Positions 51,423 through 64,000 of a stretch of 64,000 nucleotides of DNA are shown one piece after another (positions within the stretch are counted from its first letter, which is position 1; each line of letters starts with the position of its first letter). The DNA is from Chiloscyllium plagiosum (taxonomy: Eukaryota), in contig NC_057742.1 of assembly GCF_004010195.1 (NCBI RefSeq), positions 2,896,714 through 2,960,713 of the forward strand, written 5' to 3'. The position numbers and the translations under genes were made by a program. The notes below the pieces were generated by a model. That model was not told the DNA's origin. It saw only the letters and a program-made list of their open reading frames with translations, and searched no databases.

Positions 51423-51894
51423 TCTCCGTGAAAAAGTCATCAGTTGGTCGATTCTCTTCAAAGCAGGCTCAGCCTGAAAAACAAGTCAAATCAAAGCAAC
51501 ACGCAGAGCTGTGAAACAGTTAACTCGTTGCATTTGCTTTGAAGGTTTCCAGAGGAAACACCACAGTGGCCCAGAAAGGGTTAACTCCACAGTCTCCACA
51601 ACTTGCGCCAACTGTAACAGCTTCTCAGCAGATGTCCCTGATGTGTGAGGCTGTGGGGAAGATCACAGAGAGAGGTGCTGGTAATACAATCCATTACCAT
51701 CGCAAGGCACACCTCAGTCTTAGCATGTCACTTCCTCCCGTCAAGCCCCATTCCACCATCCCCTCCTCAAATGAGGCCACTCACATTTCCCTCCTCTGAG
51801 TTACTAGACGTCTCCACATGAGCAAAATAAATCAACTCAAAGCATCTGATCACAGAGGTCTGCTTTCCTGTCAGTTTGCGGTGGGGGTATCAAA

Positions 51895-51990
51895 GCATGT
51901 GGCGCTAGAAAAGCACAGCCTGTCAGGCAGCATCCGAGGAGCAGGAGAGTCGACGTTTCGAACTTAAGCTCTTCATCAGGAATATGGGAG
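51895..51990 (-). mobile_element. PLE 3' end fragment with intact HHR core
   Basis: CUGAUGA-A-GAGC-UUAA-GUUC-GAAACGUC at 51952-51979(-). Confidence 0.78.
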
Positions 51991-52263
51991 GGGAGCCAGC
52001 CCTCTGTCATGGTGTGACCGTCTTGGATGACTATAGACCCAAACGATTTACACCCACTGACTCATTCAAACCAGGAAAATAATGAGTGGAAACTATGTTC
52101 AGGAGCGTTAATGTATAAAAGATGTTACAGAAACCAATTTATGCACAAGATCACAAACTGCAATGTAATAATGGTCAGATAACCTCTTATTGAGATATTG
52201 ATTGAGACATAAACATTATTGAAAATATGTGCGGTTATTACTACTAAAATGACCAAGCCCTCT

Positions 52264-54338
52264 AACCTGCACAAAATGTTCTGATGGCCTCTATTCTATA
52301 CTCAGTCCTGTCGGAAATGAAACTGAATGTGTGCTGCAAACCAGAAAAATGGCTCCTATCAATATTTGGATGGATTTTCTGCGTAGTGTATGACAGCAGT
52401 GGAAGTAAATATAGTGGTGATTGCTGGTTGTATCTAGCCAGTCTTCTCCTTTCGTGGGGTGTTTTGTAAAAGGAACAGGGTGTATTCAGACTTTTACATT
52501 CTCATTCCCTGTCCCTTGAATCTGAGTTTGTTGCATTGGTTTGTGTCGGGAGCCATCAACTCCTTCTGTCAACTCACAAAATATTCATTGTCAGGAGAGA
52601 TGAGGATCAGGAGGTATGTTTTGATGAGTGGTGAAGAGGGTATTCACTCCTTGAAAAATAAGTCTGAACAAGGTGGAGCCATTAGACCTCTGTTGAAGAT
52701 ATTGTTATGGACCAGGTCAGCCCCTCTCAAAATATTTTAAGGCGGCAGCTCAGAGCCTAACTTTTATTTTTTTAAAGGCGGATGTAATGTGGATATTCCA
52801 GGAGTGATGCAGCTGGTCAAACCAATCAACTTCAACCAAAACAAAATTTAATTATGCACTACATTTGAAACGCAGACAAAAGAAAACAGAATTTAGAATA
52901 ATTTAACAATTTGAAAACCCACCTGACCCGAAATCATAACGAATCTGTTCCAATTTCCCCGCCATCCCATAAACATATGCGTTGACAAATGGTAAATTCA
53001 AAGACAGGTCCTTAAAGGCAATAGATGTTTCAGAGAGAAAGTTCAGGCAAGAAACATCCGTGGAAGCTGCTTCTCTGCTACTAGCGAATTCTGACTACAG
53101 GCTAAAACCAAATCAAATCTAAAAAAGAAAACTGAACTGGGAGATCTGACCGCTCCGCTTTCATTGTACAACTGTTTTAAATACAAAACCGAAAGGCCTC
53201 CTCTGATTGTTGACATAGACAGTGTCTGTTAGCCATTTCAGCACCACTGACTTTACAGCCCCTCTTGGAAAAATAACCATGGACAACATCACCTTATTAA
53301 AAAGGTGCAGCATCATCACAATATGTACCTATTTCCTTCCTTAAAATATGCTGTGATTTCAGCATCAAAGATTTCCTGGAGCAAAATATTCCATTAACTC
53401 TCCAAAGAAAGAAATTTTCTATGTTATTTTCTGTTATTCTCTGTTATTAATCGTGGATGAGCCATTAGCACAGAGTCCCATCCCAGCAGGAATTGCGTGC
53501 TAACAATTACACTATCAATGTAAGGTTATTGCTCAGGCTAACCATAGCCCTCACTTGTGTTTGCTGGAAGCTACTTATCAAAACCATAGGTCGCTGTCCC
53601 ATGTCAGAGAAAGGATCATGTCCAGGGATTGCTCCTTTCCGGAATTAAACAAAAGTGTAGAGGGTATTACTTCCCTGCTGCATTCCCCTTGGCAATACCT
53701 TGACCAGTCAGCACCCTATTCTCATGCAGTTGAAGTTGCTGCTTTCTTTCAAATTTTGATATCCATGAGCTGACCTGCTGCCTGGAACACAAAGGGAGTG
53801 TCTCTTTTTGCTAGATTAGCCTTTCCCTTATTACCCTTCAAAATGTTTGCATGTGATGTTAAACTGAAGACCATCTTTCCTCACGTGGGTTTGCCAGACT
53901 TCATGGTCTTGTGCTGAAGAGGACCACAGAAGTTCTCCCGAATGTCCTTGCAGTAAATGAGCTTCTTCACCACTCTCGTCAAAACACACCTCCTGATCCT
54001 CATCTCTACTGACAATGAATATTTTGTGAGTTGACAGAAGGAGTTGATGGCTCCCGACACAAACCAATGCAACAAACTCAGATTCAAGGACAGGGAATGA
54101 GAATGTAAAAGTCTGAATACATCCTGTTCCTTTAACAAAACACCCCACGAAAGGAAAAGACTGGCTAGATACAACCAGCAATCACCACTATATTTACTTC
54201 CACTGCTGTCATACACTACGCAGAAAATCCATCCAAATATTGATAGGAGCCGTTTCCCTGGTTTGTAGCACACATTCGCTTTCATTTCCGACAGGACTGA
54301 GTATAGAATAGAGGCCACCAGAACATTTTGTGCAGGTT
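52264..54338. repeat. Inverted duplication, ~375-bp arms (52264-52637 / 53964-54338)
   Basis: The arms give near-identical conceptual translations on opposite strands (MASILYSVLSEMK...) and match in DNA along their length. Confidence 0.93.
52703..53320. mobile_element. Solo LTR (618 bp), Gypsy-like
   Basis: tgttatg...catcaca inverted termini (6/7 match); 4-bp TSD atat at 52699-52702 and 53321-53324. Confidence 0.8.
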
Positions 54339-54399
54339 GTGAATTTAGTTATTTTAGTTTTAAAACCTTATGTGATATTTTGAAGGATGTCAGTTGTCT

Positions 54400-54850
54400 C
54401 CTAATGTCAAGGGATACTGTCCGGTATATAAGGGCCTGGTATGGCAACTGGTCTGTCCAGGACCATAAGAAACTACAGAAGGTGGTGTTCACAGCCCAGA
54501 CCATCACGGAATCCAACCTCCCATTCATGGACTCCATTTACACCTTGCATTGCTGTGGAAAGGCTGTCAATATCATCAAAGACCCCTCCCACCCCAGTAA
54601 TGCTTTCTCGTCAGGCAGAAGCTTGAACACACACACATACCAACAGCTTCTTCTCTGCCATTATTAGACTGCTGAATGGACCTCTCTCTCTAGATCGTGC
54701 TTTGTGTACCTCCTGTGCAATGTAACTTGTCTGCCTCACTCTGTCTAAGCACCCTATGATCTGTATGTCCTCGTTTGCTATGATCTGTCTGTACTGCTCA
54801 CGAAACAAAGCTTTTCACTGTACTCAGGTGAAATAAATCAAATCAAATCA
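54400..54850 (+). mobile_element. Rex1/Babar-type LINE 3' end
   Basis: AWYGNWSVQDHKKLQKVVFTAQTITESNLPFMDSIY...KAVNIIKDPSHP; (aaatc)n tail. Confidence 0.85.
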
Positions 54851-55800
54851 TGGCCCAATCACAAAGTATAATTGCTAATCTTGTCTGGAAACTGTCAAGA
54901 TACCATTGCTAAATAATATGGTTAAGCAAGCTGCGATAAGGATAAAAGGTAGTTAAACATTTGATAAATTTAGGTATGGTCTATCTGACAACTTACACCG
55001 AGAAAGCAATTACATAGTATTGTGGTTTATAGCTAGTGTTGAAGTTTAAGGAACAAGACGTTAGGTTGAGAAACAGATTAATGTTCTAAATGTGGATGTG
55101 GCAGTGCCTTAGAAAAGGAAAATAATGTTTAGTATTTGTTGTATTAAGAAATGCTTGGAAATGCAATGCAGAATTGTGACCTTTGGAACTTTGTGCAAGA
55201 ACTGTTATGAACAAGAAACATGTACGAACATCTGTGGAGTGAAATATAAAGAGATTATGACAGGCAACAAAACCAATTATAAAGGCAAGATCAGGATGTG
55301 CTGTAACAGCGTAGACCACCAGAAAAGAGGATAAAAGGTGAGGCACTTGGAAATATCAGTGCACACCAACAGGAGAAGATTCAAAGTTCATCAGTCAACA
55401 GAACACTTGAAAAGATGGTGCCACAGCTATGCAGGAAGCCAGCACCAGAATCATGGGAAAAAAGTGGCTGTACGCTTTGGCCTAAGTACCAAATAATTGA
55501 CATTGTGTTACTTATTAAATCTATTGACACCCAATCACGATCTATACCTGTGTGGTCTTTAGTTAGTCACAAACAAGTCTCAAACCTACAACTCGGCAAG
55601 TACTTCACACAGAAGGTGGCGGGCGTTTGGAACACATTGCCAGCAGAGGTGGTAGAGGCAGGCACGATAGATTCATTTAAGATCTGTGCAGATGCATGAG
55701 TAGGTGGGGAGCAGAGGGATACAAATGCTTAGGAATTGACCGACAGGGTTAGACAGTATATTTGGATCGGGCCAAAGGGCCAGTTCCTAGGCTGCAAATT

Positions 55801-56113
55801 TTAGATTAGATTACTTACAGTGTGGAAACAGGCCCTTCGGTCCAACAAGTCCACACTGACCCTCCGAAGAGCAACCCACCCAGACCCATTCCCCTACATT
55901 TACCCCTTCACCCTAACACTACGGGCAATTTAGCATGGCCAATTCACCTACCCTGCACATTTTTGGACTGTGGGAGGAAACCGGAGCTCCCGGAGGAAAC
56001 CCACGTAGACACGGGGAGAATGTGCAAACTCCACACAGACAGTTGCCCAAGGCGGGAATTGAACTCAGGTTTCTGGCGCTGTGAGGCAGCAATGCTAACC
56101 ACTGTGCCACCGT
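55801..56113 (-). mobile_element. HE1-type V-SINE, full length
   Basis: A/B boxes on - strand, V-domain, (ttaga)n tail. Confidence 0.95.
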
Positions 56114-56889
56114 GCATTCTAAATCGATCATTGTAATTCTGCAATCCTCACAAAAAAGGCAAGGAGTTTGTAAAGAGATTGATTAACTCAGGTATAGGAT
56201 ATTCAGGTATAGGATATACAGCTCATACTTTGATTGTCAAAACAAGACCTATCTTTAAATATCATCATTCCAAAGGAAGTTGTGAAAATGTTCTTATTGA
56301 AAAAAAATAATTTAAGCACAGATTCATTTCAATTCAAATCAATGAGGAGTAAAATTATGATTGTGGATTAGAGTAATACAACACAGGGTTGACTTGAATG
56401 CGTTATAACTCTGTGCCTTGGGGATTGTGAATTCTTTCCCATGTTAGCCATGGCTCTGTGGACAGTACAACCTGATCTCAGGTCAGGCAGATACAGTGTT
56501 GAAGCCACCATTTGAAAGTTTGGAGTGATCTGGACTGACTGTCTCAGCACAATACTGAGGCTGTGCAACTGTGTGCAGTTTTTTTGGATAAAACATTAAC
56601 TCAAAGCCTTGTGTGCCCTCTAAGGAAGGCATGAAAGATCCTACAAAGAGGAGATGGGGAATTCTCCCCTGTACACGGGTCAATATTTGTCCCTCCAAAA
56701 TTATTAAAAGAGACTATCTGGGCATTTACCAAATTATTATTTGAGAGCGCTTTTGGCTCCTGTGTTTCCTAACTTACAACCAAGATTATGTTTCCCAAGA
56801 ACTTCATTGGCTCCAAATGTTTTGGGGCACTTTGAGGATATGAAGGGTGCTATAGAAATGAAAGTTTAATTCCTCAGAAGTAGACATCT

Positions 56890-57650
56890 AAGTTCATTCA
56901 TGGCACGTAGTGTCACAGGCTTATTTCCCGCCTCTAGTTGCCCCTTGAGATGGTGGGGGTGAGCTGCCTTCTTGACCCACTCCATGTGCCATAGGTCGAC
57001 TCAGAAGCCACTGGGAAGGGGATTGTTGAATTCTGACCCAGTGACATTGAAGGAACGGCGATATATTTCCAAGTCAGGATGGTGAGTGGCTCACAGGGGA
57101 ATTTACATGGGGTGGTGTTCCCAAGCTCTTGTCCTTCTAAATGACAGCATGGGTTGTGCGTTTGGAAGATACTGTCTAAGCAGCCTTGGTAATTTCTGTA
57201 CTGTAGGTTGTAGTGGTGCCAATCAAGAGGGCTGCTTTGTCCTGGATGGTGTTGAGCTTCCTTGAGTGTTGTTGGAGCCGCACCCATCCAGGGCAATTGG
57301 GGACTATTCCATCACACTCTTGGATTGTGCCTTGTTGATGGTGGACAGGCTTTGGGGAGTCAAGTAGTGAGTTACTGCAGGATTCCCAGCGTCTGACTTG
57401 CTCTTGTAGACAATGTGTTTATACGGCTGGTCTAGTTCGGTTTGATTAAGTATAAGCTCCAGCTTGTTGATAAAAGGGATTCAGCCGGAGTAATGTCATT
57501 AAATTTGAAAGATAATGGAATGATTCTCTCATTTGAGATGGTCTCTATGTGGCATTTTTGAGGCTCAAATATTATTTGCCAGTTGTCAGCCCCAACTTGG
57601 ATATCTTCCAGGTCTTGCTCCATAGGACATGGACCGCTTCTGTATCTGAG
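56890..57650 (-). mobile_element. CR1/L2-superfamily LINE (second family) 3' fragment
   Basis: Reverse complement of 36480-37100 motifs (catccaggacaaagcagcc, catcctgacttggaaata). Confidence 0.8.
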
Positions 57651-58228
57651 AAATCATCTCCAGCCTCCAATCGCTCTGTTTTTTTATTAGCTTCCTTCCC
57701 TCAATGTATTGATCAGTTTACAGTCAATGTTCATGTGAATTACATTCCTAATTGTTCCCTCTCTCCAAATCTTCAAAATCTTCATTGGACCACCGTCTTC
57801 CCCAGACCTAAAAATTGTTTCTTCGATCCCTCAGGCCCGAATGATGCAGCACAGTTGAAGACCATTCAGCCCATCTAATTGGTGCTATCCAATTAGCTGA
57901 ACTCCCACATTTCCCTCATATCCCTGTGATTGCTTGCCCTGGAAGTGCTTATCTAAATCACATTTGGAAGTTACCATCAAGGTTGATTCACTGCCCATTA
58001 AGCCAGTGCACTCTGATCACAACACATTGCATTAAACAATTGCTTCTTAACATTGATCCTTTTGTCAGAGTTAATCTCTTTACACGGGTCCTACTGACTC
58101 CATGACTGGAAGCAATCCCTCCCTATTGAGACACCTCGATTACGTTTCCCCTGTTTTGGGTAGATCCCCAATTTCTGCAGTCTCTCCATAGAAGTGAAGT
58201 CACTCATTCTTGGTCCCATTCCAGTAAA

Positions 58229-58583
58229 TCATAGAATCCCTACAGTGTGGAAGCAGGCCATTTGGGCCATCAAGTCCAAGCCGACCTGCCAAAGAGCATC
58301 CCATCCAGACCACCCCCTTTCCTATCCCGGTAACCCTGCATTTCCCATGGCTAATCTACCTAGCCTGAACATCCCTGGACACTATGGACAACTTAGCATG
58401 GCCAATCCACATAACCTGCACATCTTTGGACTGAGGGAGGAAACTAGAGCACCTGGAGGAAACCCATGCAGACACGGGGAGAATTAGCAAATTCCACACA
58501 GACAGTCACCTGAAGCTGGCACCGAACCCAGGTTCCTGGTGTTGTGAGGCAGCGGTGCTAGCTACTGAGTCACTGTGCCACCC
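58229..58583 (-). mobile_element. HE1-type V-SINE
   Basis: aatccctacagtgtggaa...ggaggaaacccatgcagacacggggaga...gtgctagctactgagtcactgtgccaccc. Confidence 0.9.
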
Positions 58584-59679
58584 TAAATCTCTCCCACACC
58601 CTCTTGAAAACATCTCTTCCTTCTGCTTTGTTTAAACATTGCATGATCTCCTTTACGGCTCTGACGTTGAATATGGTTTAAGGTTTGTGTACTCGGAGGA
58701 ATCTTGCAGGAGATGACGCTGTAAGAATAAACCCTTTAACCATGAGAAAGGTGCGAGACTTATCCAGGTCCTCCTGGATTGACGCACTATGCATGCTCTT
58801 TGGATCATTCTTAAAATTTATTATTTTTCCTTCACTATATTATCGTGCAAGGGCTGTTATTCTGAACTTTTTATCTCTTCATTTAACTAATTTATTGCTA
58901 ATCATTTTGAAGGTCCAAAATGCTGAACATTTTATTTCCTTATTTTTCTAATTTTTCTTCACACTCCATAACGAATTTGCCCTCAAGAATCTGTACCTAG
59001 GGACCTTTGGACCTACGACAGCGCCGTAAGTGGTGACCTGTAAACGTTTCACTCTACTTATTTGAGTACACGTGAAAATAAAGCTAATTTCAATTCAATT
59101 CAAACATCACATTGAAAACATCTCTAGGTATTTCAAAACAAAAAGCCAATGTGTTCCAAAGTGGAGGCTCTGTTGTGGGGAGTGCTGGCACATTGGAGAC
59201 CTGTAATGACTCAGCCACACAATTTGTCTCTTACCATCGGTGAGGGAAGAGTGTTGGCCAAGCTACCAGGAGGTTTAATGCTTATTCTTGGACTGGGTCA
59301 TGAAAATTCCACCAGATTTCATCAAAACAAGCAGGCAGTGATGGTACAAGATCTCAGCTGAGGGCTGACACCTCCAACAACATCTGCTGAGGCACTTGGG
59401 AGAACAGTGGGCTGGGGAATGGAGGAATTAAACACCCAACTCTGAAAAACAGTGATGATCCCATTGAAACAGAAAACACGGCTGCTGTGTGTTCAAGGCC
59501 ATGAAAGCTCTCAAGAGGTTCTGACAACTTTATCAACTGCTGAGGTTGTGCACTCAGTTTTGAGCATCATCCAAAGCCCCTTGAGTGCACTCGTCTTGCA
59601 ACATACTCTGGCCCATCTGTTAGTCTCTATATTTTACCCAGTGGCTGTTTCCTGTGTCATTTATGGTTTATGTTAATAG

Positions 59680-60065
59680 TTCGTGCGCATTTCACCACAC
59701 AGCTTTCAAATTAGTGAGAAGACAAAACCCTGAATAAAAAAAACAAATTAATACAAGCCGCAAAAATAGAAATGTGCGTTGGCAGGTCGCTTTGCCGATT
59801 GCTGAAGTTAAATTCTGTATATACATAGGAATTAACCCTTTCCAATGTAATGGGTTAAAGGTAGTCTATAGGTGGCGGGGCAGTGGTGCGCAGTATAATG
59901 ACTGGAAGCATCACAACAGAGGTTCACGGATCGGAAAATACCAACTCGCTTATGAATGTACTTTGTTTTCGCGAGAATTTATCAAAGGAATCGAGAGCTG
60001 GTTTGGAGATCACTGTCACATTCTATTAGGTTGTCATAAAAGCGGATTCAGTCAGTCGCATGCAA
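59680..60065 (+). promoter_or_regulatory. Putative Pol II promoter-like, CpG-enriched segment
   Basis: CCAAT 59842, GGCGGGGC 59874, TGCGCA 59887, TATAA 59894 in canonical order; CpG visibly more frequent than in the flanks; no repeat recognised. Confidence 0.35.
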
Positions 60066-61869
60066 GCATCTGAGGGGGTCCAGGACTCTCCCACTTTGCA
60101 ATCTTCATGTCTTGCTCCCTCCTTCTCCATCAGAACCATTTTTCCTCCTGCCGTTGGATTTCCGTGCACTGAACGTGACCTCCAAGATCCAACCCACTCC
60201 AGAGATTGTTGCTGTCTCCATTGGAGACCGGACCAGCTCCTTAACCCCCTACAACCCCAACCCATAGAAAGAGGCAGCTTCCTGAGGCAGATTGGAGACC
60301 CTGCACTGGGCAGCAATATACTGGCTGCACAGTCTGCATCACTGTGTCACGCCAAGAATATACAACACAAAGGGATTCGGGAAAAATAAAGCTATCTCAG
60401 AGCAAGATAGTTTTTAATTCCGTCTGAACTGTAATAAATGTGTTAAAGATTAGATGCCCTGACCAGAAAGCATACCCGTCGTGATCGAATTACTTAACAA
60501 CAGACGACTGCGGGGTATTTCCATGTTAAAACAAAAATCTGCTCTCCACCCGAACCCACCACGTCCCCCCCACCCCCAAACCTCAACAACAAACAGGAAG
60601 CAAAGACAAGGCCTGACCCCTGGTTGAACTTTTAGCAAGGTGAAGCAGAATGTTCTGGAAATTGCAGGGGTCAGCGAGTGTGTTCATTATAAAATCAGAC
60701 CGGTATATGAAGGGTATAGGAGTACAAGAAAGCAGATCAATTGACATTGATTCGTGAACCAACCCTCTTCGCCACCCAAAAAAAGGACAGAATATATATT
60801 TTCACAGGAATGAGGGTCTAAAATTCAATCTTTAGTGGGTTGAATTCTCTTCAAGATGAAGAATGTTGTCATTAGCTCGTGTTGTGTGTTTGGTAAAACA
60901 ATGCGGTGCGGACCAGGATTATAAAAGCCCTGTTTGTCTTCACATTGCAACAATGGACCAGAGCATTAAGAGATGATCATATCTTTAGAGACCCATGTGA
61001 CAGATGTTACGAATAGCAAATGAGTCTCAGACCTGATCCCCATCCATAAAGCAAAAGATCATTTGATTAATGGAAAGAAACTCAGCCTGCAAATTAAAAA
61101 AAAAGAGACAGAGAGAAAATCAAAATCATGAACGTGTGTCAGTGAACAGAATCCCTTCATATTACACTTTAACCCTTTCTCAGGGGCCCTGTGCTGTAGC
61201 AGATTACTGCATGTGTGTCCTGGGCAGTAATGAGGGGATGCCACATTTGTAAGGCATGCCACCCCAAAGCAGAGGATCAAGGGGGTTTCCCTGGAGAAGT
61301 TGCCAGCTCATTCACCTTGCTGCCATTTTGTGGGAGGCTGCAGTAAGCAAAATGGCTGCTGCATCACTGCATATTTCATCTGAAACCAAATTCCTGTCAG
61401 TGATGCAACATGCTGGGAGGGGCGCGTCGCATGTGGTAACCTCTAACAACATGAACAGTAACTTCTCGTGCTCCTCAACTTGAAAATTCTCAACTTTGTT
61501 CCTAAATCCCTTTGTTCCTGGCTTCCTAACCTGGAATCTCCTCCATCACAACAACTCTCACCAGCTTCACTAATTCTGGTCTGCAAATGATTCCAATTTT
61601 AATTATTCCATAACCTGCAACCAAGTCCACTCCTACTATCTCTGAGCTTCCCTCCTGAACCCTTCATCTCCATCTTTCTCGTCCTTTAAGATGTTCCTTA
61701 AAACCTATCTTATTGACTAACCTTTTGATCATCTTTCCTAAGACCTCATGTGATTTGGTATCAATCTTCTCGTGCTCTGTGAAACACCTTGTGATGTTTA
61801 ATTAGTTCAAAGGCAATATATATTCACAGGTTGTTGTTGTTTGTTGGGTATATGTACAAAAGGATATTG

Positions 61870-62340
61870 AACAGAGTCAGATTGATTCCTGGGATGGTAG
61901 GACTGGTGAATGAAGACATACTAGGTTGGTTAGGACAGTAATCACTGCAATTTAGAAGAAAGGGGGGGGGGGGGTCTCCAAAATCTATAAAACTCTGACA
62001 CAATTAGACAGGATAAATACAGAAATGATATTCCTGATGACCAGGGAGTCCAGAACCAGGGGTCACAGTTTAAGGGGTAGTCGTGTAGGCCATTTAGGAC
62101 TGAGATGAGGAGAAATTTCTTCACCCAGGGAGTGGGGCGCCTGTGAAATTCTCTGCCACAGAAAGCAGTCAAGGGCAAAGTATTGAATGTTTTCAAGACG
62201 GAGTCAGATATAGTTCTTCAGGCTAAAGGAATCAAAGGGTATAGAGAGAAAGGGGAAGAGGGTCCTGAGTTGGATCATCAGCTATGGTTATATTGAATGG
62301 TAGAGCAGTGTTGAAGGGCTGAATGGCCTATTTTCTACAT
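61870..62340 (+). mobile_element. CR1 LINE 3' fragment
   Basis: ccatttaggactgagatgaggagaaatttcttcacccag...tctctgccacagaaagcag. Confidence 0.88.
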
Positions 62341-63212
62341 TTCTAGGTAGTTAAGATACAGATCAGCTGTAATCAAACTGTATTATGGGACAGGTTTGAG
62401 CTTCTGTGAACCCTCCTCCTGTTTGTGTCCACCCAGAATACACCTCAGATGGAAGCCTTACAATGAGTGGGGCACATGGGGAAATATTGTCTGGTTTTGA
62501 CCACAGCCCAAAGAGTCAGCACCTCCAGCAGACAGAAGGAACAAAAAGGCCAGGCCAGACAATGCATTAGCCACGTAACCAAATCTGAGAGCTGAATACA
62601 AAAATATCTTTAATGCTAACTACCATGCCTTCTTTCACAGGCTCTGGAGCTAGAGCTTATTCTAGAAAATTCCATTTTAAGTGCTGTTGTCAACGGCTGA
62701 GTTTAAAATGCGAGACAGAGGTTCCTAACCACTGAACTGTGACCGTGTCCTTTGTGTAATAATCAGCACCAGCTCTCGGCAAGATGGATATACTTTTTAC
62801 TGAATTCCAACGTTTCTAATTCTGCCCTTGTAAAACTTCCCTCAAAGCAAATTATTTGCTTGTGTGCTGTGAGGCAGCTGTTAAAACATAAAATCTCCTA
62901 AAATTAATAAGAGCCTCAGGTTGGTACGTTGGTGCAAGCTCAGCCTGTACTGGATAATAGTGCAGTGGGGAAAGTTAAGAAGAGATTTAACAGAGGCGTT
63001 TAAATCATAGAGAGATCTGCATGAGCTAAATAAAGGGAAATAGTTTCCACTGGCTGGAGGGTCAGTAATCAAGGACACAGAATTTAATGTGATTGGCAAA
63101 GGAAGCAAAGCAAAGAGAATGTTTCATTCCACAGCACGTTGTTGTGATCAGGAACTGAAAAAACGAGGTGAAGCAGACTCAGCTGAAACTCTAAACAGTA
63201 ACTGGATAAATA

Positions 63213-63295
63213 CGCAGGAACCTCGATTATCCGGCATTCAGTTAACCAAACACAAAACTCCCACCTATGTCCTTCGAATAATCGAAGTTCCTCTA
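63213..63295. mobile_element. Tiny Tigger-like MITE
   Basis: TA|cgcaggaacctcgattatccg ... cgaataatcgaagttcctcta|TA. Confidence 0.7.
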
Positions 63296-63384
63296 TACTA
63301 GCCGGCCAATGGCATTTTAATTTCTTTTGCCTCTTCCATGGGACGTGGGCATCGCTGGCAAGGCCAGTATTTAACGCCCATTTT

Positions 63385-63665
63385 TGGACAGCACAGTGGC
63401 TCAATGATTAGCATTGCTGCATCACAGCACCAGAGAAGTGGGTTCAATTCCACTCTTGGTGTGGAGTTTGCACATTCTCCCCGTGTCTGCGTGGGTTTCC
63501 TTCCGGAGCTCTGGTTTTATCCCACAATCTGAAGATGTGCAGGTTAGGTGGATGAGCCTTGGGAAATGCAAGGTTGTGAGGATGGGACGGTGGGGGTGGG
63601 GTGCTGTTTGGAGGGGTGGTGTGGACTTGGTCAGAACGGCCTGCTTCTACCTTGTAGGGATTCCA
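63385..63665 (+). mobile_element. HE1-type V-SINE
   Basis: gtggctcaatgattagc, gggttcaattcc, ggagtttgcacattctccccgtgtctgcgtgggtttcc. Confidence 0.9.
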
Positions 63666-63735
63666 TAATTCCCACTGTCCTTGGTTTTTTAGGAGGCAGT
63701 TAAAAGTCAATCACATTGCTGTGCGTCTGGAGTTA

Positions 63736-63925
63736 TAAGACCATAAGACATAGGAGCGGAAGTAAGGCCATTCGGCCCATCAAGTCCACTCCGCCATTCA
63801 ATCATGGCTGATGGGCATTTCAACTCCACTTACCCGCATTCTCCCTGTAGCCCTTAATTCCTTGTGACATCAAGAATTTATCAATTTCTACCTTGAAGAC
63901 ATTCAGCGTCCCAGCCTCCACTGCG
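63736..63925 (-). mobile_element. Young CR1 3' tail
   Basis: (cataagac)n tail; nearly identical to 37452-37593. Confidence 0.88.
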
Positions 63926-64000
63926 CTATGTATAGGCTGGACCAGGTAAATATTATAGACTTCCTTCTGTCCTTCTTTTGTATGTTAGTTTATAGATGAA

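Noticed and set aside
54890-55590. Possible additional solo LTR
   Set aside because: LTR-like composition, but no matching termini or TSD could be established.

Overview
Repeat-rich, non-coding vertebrate genomic DNA with two assembly gaps (6472-6748, 35164-36035). The repeat content points to a shark (inference): HE1-type V-SINEs, CR1 LINEs, Deu-SINE relics, Rex1 tails, Penelope-like elements and 33-bp and ~69-bp minisatellites. I found no host protein-coding exon I can support. The only recognisable coding remnants are retroelement reverse transcriptase and GIY-YIG endonuclease fragments. The main signal is a dense set of Penelope-like element (PLE) derivatives from about four sequence families. 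They carry minimal type-I hammerhead ribozyme (HHR) cores (CUGANGA-stem II-GAAA-CG/GC-UH), many are fold-back (tail-to-tail) insertions, and many have 10-15 bp target-site duplications (TSDs). One family has a compensatory U3-A8 core (UUGANAA) in place of C3-G8. Also present: a solo LTR with ATAT TSD, two Tigger-like MITEs, two long inverted duplications not explained by transposon termini, several enhancer-like AT-rich homeodomain-site clusters, and a CpG-enriched CCAAT/GC/TATA promoter-like segment near 59.9 kb. Repeat boundaries were read by eye and are approximate.
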